Assembly: GCA_963765895.1 (NCBI GenBank)
Contig: CAVXZB010000038.1
Coordinates: 1 to 64,000, forward strand
Direction: 5' to 3'
Origin: an uncultured Nitrososphaeraceae archaeon
GTDB taxonomy: Archaea > Thermoproteota > Nitrososphaeria > Nitrososphaerales > Nitrososphaeraceae
Length of the DNA: 64,000 nt
The position numbers and the translations under genes were made by a program. The notes beneath the pieces were generated by a model. That model saw only the letters and a program-made list of their open reading frames with translations, was not told the origin of the DNA and searched no databases. Shown here piece after piece: positions 57,785 to 64,000 of the stretch. Position 1 is the first letter of the stretch; each line of letters starts with the position of its first letter.

Positions 57785-58915
57785 ATGAAATATTATCTTC
57801 TTGGTAAGAGCGGGCTACGGGTTTCTGAAATCTGTCTTGGGACGATGACCTTTGGAGAAGAATGGGGATGGGGCTCGCCCAAAGAAGAAAGTCGAGAAGT
57901 ATTCAAAAAATATGCTGATTCTGGTGGAAATTTTATCGATACTGCTAGTAATTACACGGCCGGGACTAGCGAAAAGTACCTAGGCGAGTTTATTGCTGAA
58001 GATAGAGACAGATTCGTGATAGCGACTAAATACACATCAAATATCAGAGCAGGCGATCCTAATGCTGGTGGAAATCAACGTAAGAATCTGATGCAATCGT
58101 TGGAAAGGAGCCTAAAGAGTCTAAATACCGACTATATTGACCTTTATTGGATTCATGCCTGGGACAAGATGACCCCAATAGAAGAGACGATGCGTGCTCT
58201 TGATGATATGGTCAAATTAGGTAAAGTATTGTATATCGGGGTTTCGGACGCACCAGCTTGGATCGTATCTCAAGCCAATACCCTTGCACATCTCCGAGGC
58301 TGGACAGAATTTATCGGCATCCAGATTGAATATAGCTTAATCGAACGAACCTCCGAACGCGAGCTTCTTCCTATGGCAAGGGCGCTAGACATCGGAGTAA
58401 CTGCTTGGTCTCCATTAGGAGGAGGGGTACTAACTGGTAAATATAATAATACAAGTGGAGCACAAGTGACCAAAGGAAAGGAAGATGCTGGCTCTAGTAA
58501 CACTGACAGCATCAATAGTAAAAGCAGGCTAGATATAGCACGGAGGTCAGGAATGGCAGAGTTGGCAGATATGATGCTGACTGAGCGAAATCTTCTAATC
58601 GCAGAGGAAGTTCTCAAGATTTCTAAAGAGATTGGACACTCTCCTGCTCAAGTAGCTCTAAATTGGGTTAGACAGCAAAATACATTCCAGAAACTTCCAA
58701 ACAAAATAATACCAATAATAGGTGCCCGAAATACAAAACATTTGGATGACAATTTGGCATGTGTGGATTTTGAACTGTCTGATAAGCAAATGCAAAGATT
58801 AAATGAAATTAGCAGAATTGAACTAGGATTTCCACACGATTTCCTCGCCTCAGAGTTTATTCAGAATGTACTTTATGGTGGGACTTACAATTCAACTCAT
58901 AGCCATAGAAAATAA
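57785..58915 (+). CDS. Aldo/keto reductase
   Basis: LGKSGLRVSEICLGTM, DTASNY, ATKY, DLYWIH and WSPLGGG. Confidence 0.93.
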   Translation: MKYYLLGKSGLRVSEICLGTMTFGEEWGWGSPKEESREVFKKYADSGGNFIDTASNYTAGTSEKYLGEFIAEDRDRFVIATKYTSNIRAGDPNAGGNQRKNLMQSLERSLKSLNTDYIDLYWIHAWDKMTPIEETMRALDDMVKLGKVLYIGVSDAPAWIVSQANTLAHLRGWTEFIGIQIEYSLIERTSERELLPMARALDIGVTAWSPLGGGVLTGKYNNTSGAQVTKGKEDAGSSNTDSINSKSRLDIARRSGMAELADMMLTERNLLIAEEVLKISKEIGHSPAQVALNWVRQQNTFQKLPNKIIPIIGARNTKHLDDNLACVDFELSDKQMQRLNEISRIELGFPHDFLASEFIQNVLYGGTYNSTHSHRK

Positions 58916-59412
58916 TCTTGTCGTAAAAGACCTCGGCACAAACGAAAGTGCAAATGAATAAATTCATTTCATTTACAGTATTCTTATTTTTGTCATGCCT
59001 AGCGAACGCTACTCCTTACGTATGACTCTCAAGTTAACAATAATAACTCAATCGATTCAGTGTCAGCTAAAATACCTGCATTAGAATTAATTAAAAAAAT
59101 TAGGTAGCCTAGACAAATAGTGGTTAGTCAGGTTAGATAGTATTCGCTGCACGGCCCAGTATTTACCTCAATTCCCCTAGATGGTCGGCAAATGGATTTG
59201 ACCAGGTTTGCTATAATGGAGGTCACCGTTAGAATACAATTCATTTGGAATTATACACGATTCGCTGGATGGTTATAACCTAGATTCGTAGTCTCTGCTT
59301 TATTCTATGTATGAGGAAGAACATCAACATCAAGAATATTCACGTAACCTCGAACAGTAAGTAGAGGGGATTTAAATTTCTGTAGCTAGTCAGCCAGTCG
59401 TTAAAGCTCATT

Positions 59413-60288
59413 TCAGCTGGTTTTCTTATTCAAAAATGATAACATCATCTTTAGCCTATCTTCATGTGCAAAACATAATGACCAGCCATATTTTTCTAAC
59501 TCGAGACCGGAACTAATATCCAGATCTGACGCTTTATTAATTAACATCTTACTTATTGTCACCGCGTTCAGGCTATTCTTCGAAATCATCCTTGCTAATT
59601 CGATGCATTCATCTATCAATTTCTTTTTCAGTAGTTTAGCGGCTGCCAGCCTGTTATCTGCAACAGAATACTTTTCGTCTGTATTGTTGATATTATCCTG
59701 TGGTTCAGCTCCCTGTTCTGATTCCGTCACTATATTCACTAGCTTATTGACCAGTCCAGTTTGAAGGGCTTCATCAGCCCCAATCATCCTACCTGTATAA
59801 ATCAACTCTTTTGCTTTGGAAACTCTTAGTAACCTCAGCATCCTTTGTGTCCCTCCCCATCCAGGAGGTATTCCTACCTTCACTTCAGTCTGGCCTATTT
59901 TTGCATTACTAGATGCGATTCTGATATCACAAGCCAGAGCTATCTCGCATCCGCCTCCAAGAGCATAGCCATTGATTGCAGCAATAACAGGCCTTGGCAA
60001 ATTTTCTATTTTATTTAGAAGATTATGAATTGTAGTTGCATATCGTTCAGCCTCAATCGGACTTAGATTTACTACATAGTTCAGGTCTGCACCAGCGCAA
60101 AATGACCTTTCTCCTGCTCCAGTAATAATCACCGCCCTAATGTTATCATCCAAACCAACTGCATCAATGGTGTTTGAAAGTTCTGCAATTACATCTATAT
60201 TAATGGCGTTTAATACTTCAGGCCTATTAATTTTTATGATGACGATACCATTATTATCGTCCAATCGCTCAGTTTCAATAAGGGTCAT
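59413..60288 (-). CDS. Enoyl-CoA hydratase (crotonase); probable 3-hydroxypropionyl-CoA dehydratase/crotonyl-CoA hydratase type
   Basis: FCAGADL, NGYALGGGCE and GQTEVKVGIPPGWGGTQR. Confidence 0.88.
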   Translation of the reverse strand: MTLIETERLDDNNGIVIIKINRPEVLNAINIDVIAELSNTIDAVGLDDNIRAVIITGAGERSFCAGADLNYVVNLSPIEAERYATTIHNLLNKIENLPRPVIAAINGYALGGGCEIALACDIRIASSNAKIGQTEVKVGIPPGWGGTQRMLRLLRVSKAKELIYTGRMIGADEALQTGLVNKLVNIVTESEQGAEPQDNINNTDEKYSVADNRLAAAKLLKKKLIDECIELARMISKNSLNAVTISKMLINKASDLDISSGLELEKYGWSLCFAHEDRLKMMLSFLNKKTS

Positions 60289-60593
60289 CGTTAATCAATA
60301 ACGAGAACGAGACCTAAATTAAGGTGGTGTTTGAATATACAACATCAGTCTAGCATCTAAGAATTTTAAATTAAATTAAAAATAGACTAAATTAAATTAA
60401 ACTAATAATAACCGAATAGGGCTTCAAACTGTCTATCTATTTATCAGATTCTGAACTAGTTCCTACTCAAACAAGAAACAAAAAAAGGGGTAAAATATTG
60501 GGCGAAATAAGCAATTGACAAAGATCTAACGCAATTATTAATACAACTTCCTAGTAATGACCATTAGCTATACCGGAAGTCGTACATAACACA

Positions 60594-60893
60594 TTACTCT
60601 TCTGTAGTACTACTTGAAGTAGCAGGTGCTTCTACTATTACCGGTTCTGCAGTGGCAAACCGATCTCCTACTGAATTTATCTTGACTTTTACTGTATCTT
60701 GTCCTACTTTTCCATTCTTAACAAAGACTACAAATCCCTGTATCCTAGCGATACCATCGCCTCTACTACCTGTTTCAGTAATCTTTACATCGTACTCTTT
60801 ACCTGTCTGTACAGGTTTTTCGAAGCCACCACCGCGATAGCTATTATTATTATAGCCGCCGCCATAGCCTCTTCCGCTTCTTCCGTAACTCAT
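60594..60893 (-). CDS. Single TRAM-domain RNA-binding protein with G/Y/R-rich N-terminus
   Basis: KPVQTGKEYDVKI..GDGIARIQGFVVFV. Confidence 0.9.
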   Translation of the reverse strand: MSYGRSGRGYGGGYNNNSYRGGGFEKPVQTGKEYDVKITETGSRGDGIARIQGFVVFVKNGKVGQDTVKVKINSVGDRFATAEPVIVEAPATSSSTTEE

Positions 60894-61695
60894 TAATTAT
60901 TCAAAGCTAAGTATCAACCAAGCTAATAAGAATCAATGCCTATAGAATTGCCAGTATAATGGCGTCGTTATGATAATATTGGTTAATTTAGCGCTGTTCT
61001 CCTTATCTATAAGAATAATCATGATGGGCCGCAAACCATTGTTCGTTGTAGCTCATGCATTAGATTAGTCTATTGGCACAAAATGTAAACATGAACGCCA
61101 GCTCATTTACTCAAAAGAGGTGTATCTGTGCTCAAAGGAAACTGGATCTATTAGATTGTGTGAAGTATAGGAAACATTTTCCCTACTAATACAAAAAGAT
61201 GACATCACATCCGTAAAGGTTGGGAACAGAAACGCAAATCTCTGACATTATTAGCTTTTCAAACGCCGTGTTACGTTATACATATGAAGAGCTTATCCAA
61301 GTGCTGGAGGCCTACTTGCATACTTTACTTACTTACTTACTTACTTTTGGCTTTGGTATCACTCCATATTTCGTAGTGATACCCACCTAGTAGCGATGAG
61401 TAATAGATAGATACTGATTCTTTGTCAAAGGTAGTAATCGTGTCATCGAAGAGTGTGTTGTGGCCCATAATATATGCCAAAGTAAGGTTGGATTTTAACG
61501 GGTTTTAAAGTGCTCGGCGGATAATATGAGAGATGGAATACAGATTTACTTACATTTACTTAATATGAAATGATAAATTATCTTCATGGTTACACAATAG
61601 AAAATCTGAACGTACCAGACAAATAATTTTCCATTATATTTCTAGTACTGAGTGAATTCTATAGGAAAAAAGGATAGGATCAAAAATTGTGGCTG

Positions 61696-62142
61696 TCATC
61701 TCATGGTCGTTGTCGGTAACGTTGTGGTCTTGCCAAAGAATGACTTAACGTAGGGTCTATAGATATAATAGAGTATGATTGCGTTGATAACGACGTTGAA
61801 TATGGCTCCTACATTCCCTGTCACAATTGAAACAAGTCCTAACGCTATTCCAATATAAGCTAGTAAGACAGTGATAGTCCATGCCCATCCTCTTCCTTTT
61901 AATAAGCCGTAAGCCATAACAAAATATGCTAGACCCAAAGCCAATAGGGCAACACCTGCCCCCACCGACCAGCCAACTAATATTGTGTGAGATATTCCTG
62001 AGGATCCTGTATTAGTAACTGTTAAAAACGGAGCGATAGTTGCTGCCGTAATTCCATTTGCAAGAAATGCTATACCACCAATTATGGTAAGTACTGCTAA
62101 TATAGTAACACCGAACGGTCTGTGTTTATTTTCCTGTTGCAT
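61696..62142 (-). CDS. Four-TM membrane protein
   Basis: RPFGVTILAVL...YGLLKGRGWAW...IILYYIYRPYVKSFF. Confidence 0.8.
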   Translation of the reverse strand: MQQENKHRPFGVTILAVLTIIGGIAFLANGITAATIAPFLTVTNTGSSGISHTILVGWSVGAGVALLALGLAYFVMAYGLLKGRGWAWTITVLLAYIGIALGLVSIVTGNVGAIFNVVINAIILYYIYRPYVKSFFGKTTTLPTTTMR

Positions 62143-62468
62143 AATAGTACACTTGCGACATTCATATATTTAATGAGTGGGAGTTCTTTGCAACTAAGTC
62201 CACATAATAATTACATTGCAATTGGCATATAATCTTTTAACAAAAATATGAGGACATTTAAGATGCAAATAAAAGGTCATTGAAACTAATGCAAACCAAT
62301 AATTGAGAGAAATTCGTGACACGTGAGACGGGCGGAATATGTCCTATTAATCCATTGATGAAACTCGTGCGTTTTTTGGCTGTGATGGAGTTATGAACTT
62401 CCTACCATATATCATGGATTTATGACACCCTGTAAGCTTTTATTGAATCCGCGAAAAATCGTGGCTAT

Positions 62469-62591
62469 TCATTTCTGTTCTTCGAATTTTTTACAATTAC
62501 ATGCCCAATCTCCGCTACCATAGCACTTCATATCCGTGGTTCCGATTCCTTCATGATCAACTTCTTCGTGTCCACAATTAGAACAGACCAT
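62469..62591 (-). CDS. 40-aa Cys/His Zn-binding microprotein (paralog of 20278..20415)
   Basis: MVCSNCGHEEVDHEGIGTTDMKCYGSGDWACNCKKFEEQK. Confidence 0.75.
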   Translation of the reverse strand: MVCSNCGHEEVDHEGIGTTDMKCYGSGDWACNCKKFEEQK

Positions 62592-62956
62592 TTGTATTAT
62601 TCCTCCTCCCGATATACTTCCTGCGGAGTTAAATGCTCTTGGTTAGATACCTAATTTAGTTTAAATCAAATGTGGAAAAAGCTTGCTCGATAATGCTGTG
62701 CATTATAGCATGACTAAATCTAGCACAGTTATCCTGATAATACTAATCTGCAATTGTAATGCGAGCATTGCATACTCTGCACTATTCTCTTACTATCTAC
62801 CTTCCTTATCATTAACAAAACAAAAAAGCTTGCTATCGCATCTAATTCAGGCCCAACTGCCAACAAGATTCTTCATACAAATCCCAGCTTTAGATGGCTT
62901 AACGATAGTGGTAAGATCGTAATAATGGCTAACAAATAGTCAATATATTATCATTA

Positions 62957-63313
62957 TTATTGTAAGGCATCGTCTCCAAACTCTTTTGACCCGATATCAT
63001 AAGCTTCAGAAATATCTTTAACAAAGATTTTACCATCTGAGGCTGAGCCTGTACTTAAATTTTTAACAAGATCCTGAACAACCTGTTTTGCCAGCGGATC
63101 TGATACTAATACATCGATCTTAGTTCTACTCCCGAATTCTGGAGCGTATTTCTTTCCGTAATTGTACACGTCTGTGACAACCGTAGCTTCTCTTTTCACA
63201 CGACCTCTGCCTTTTATATCATAAAACATCATTCCACCAACCTTATGTTTATACAGAATGGCATTCACATCAGCGAGTCTTTCATGTGCAACAACGACCT
63301 CAATTTGCTTCAT
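62957..63313 (-). CDS. glnB: PII-family nitrogen regulatory protein
   Basis: MKQIEVVV, GGM..IKGRGR T-loop, KIDV and STGSASDGKIFV. Confidence 0.88.
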   Translation of the reverse strand: MKQIEVVVAHERLADVNAILYKHKVGGMMFYDIKGRGRVKREATVVTDVYNYGKKYAPEFGSRTKIDVLVSDPLAKQVVQDLVKNLSTGSASDGKIFVKDISEAYDIGSKEFGDDALQ

Positions 63314-64000
63314 ATTATCAATTCTAAATCCCAAGTAGATAACTAAGTCTAAGCAGCTCTGTCTACAAATCATAACTGCATTTTGATGCGGCAGCATGAT
63401 AAACAAGGAAAAGATCAATAATGCAATAATCCTTACAATACCAATGCAACTTTTAATTGATACCTTATTTTTTTAGCCTTGCCTCAAATCCTGAATCAGT
63501 GTTGCGAGGCAATTCAACTAACCTGAAGAATAATGTGCACTAGACTACCAATAACCTGGTGTTCATGTAAGAGAGAATAGAAGGAGAAAATTAGTTAGTG
63601 TTCATTGTTTTATCCTATCTCACACAGCCAGTAAAGTATGGAGATTTGAAAATCAGTTGGCAATTAAATCAAGAACTGGGAAACTGAAACAGTATCAAAA
63701 ATCGTATCAGTGAGATAAGCCATGCATTTGATATATGTTAGCCAAACAAAATATTTTCTGACACGAAGTTGGGCTGCAGAAATAGCAAAGTCATGGCACG
63801 ACTGATCCAGGAGACACTGATTACGTATAAAAAGAAAGTAGGAATTTACCTTGAATCAGTATATCAGTATTTCTACATACCTGTATGTAGGACGATAATT
63901 TGGGATATTCTCTAATTAGAACCGACCCCATTAAAATTCTTACGCAATTTTTTCTGTATCGACAACAAAATCCAATGTGTTATCATTTACATCAAACTCC

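Noticed and set aside
61321-61346. (TACT)n and other short microsatellites (14690, 18030, 29295)
   Set aside because: Simple intergenic slippage repeats with no evident function.

Overview
AT-rich archaeal DNA. The gene content fits a soil ammonia-oxidising archaeon (Nitrososphaeraceae, Thaumarchaeota); this assignment is inferred from the protein families. The window opens on the 3' end of a tRNA-like sequence that recurs twice as att-like sites (2194, 11101). These sites delimit tandem, decaying integrative elements with tyrosine-integrase and ParB remnants. One element carries a patatin / GMC-oxidoreductase / metallophosphoesterase cargo. The middle of the window is a gene-poor accessory region with many pseudogenes, a duplicated two-gene Zn-finger module that retains a palindromic operator, and several unannotated Cys/His microproteins. 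The 38.5-47.7 kb region holds a YcaO with no intact TfuA or E1 partner. It is surrounded by four paralogs of an uncharacterised 'W..W..GxW' family, a divergent polytopic membrane protein and shared TTCAAAwwTGAA palindromes, and is the best candidate for an undescribed system. The rest includes two histidine kinases, a response regulator, an IS6 element with IRs and TSD, and housekeeping-type genes (msrB, fumC, Na+/H+ antiporter, aldo/keto reductase, crotonase, TRAM, PII). Many genes carry single-base frameshifts, some of which may be assembly errors. No CRISPR array, rRNA or complete tRNA was seen.
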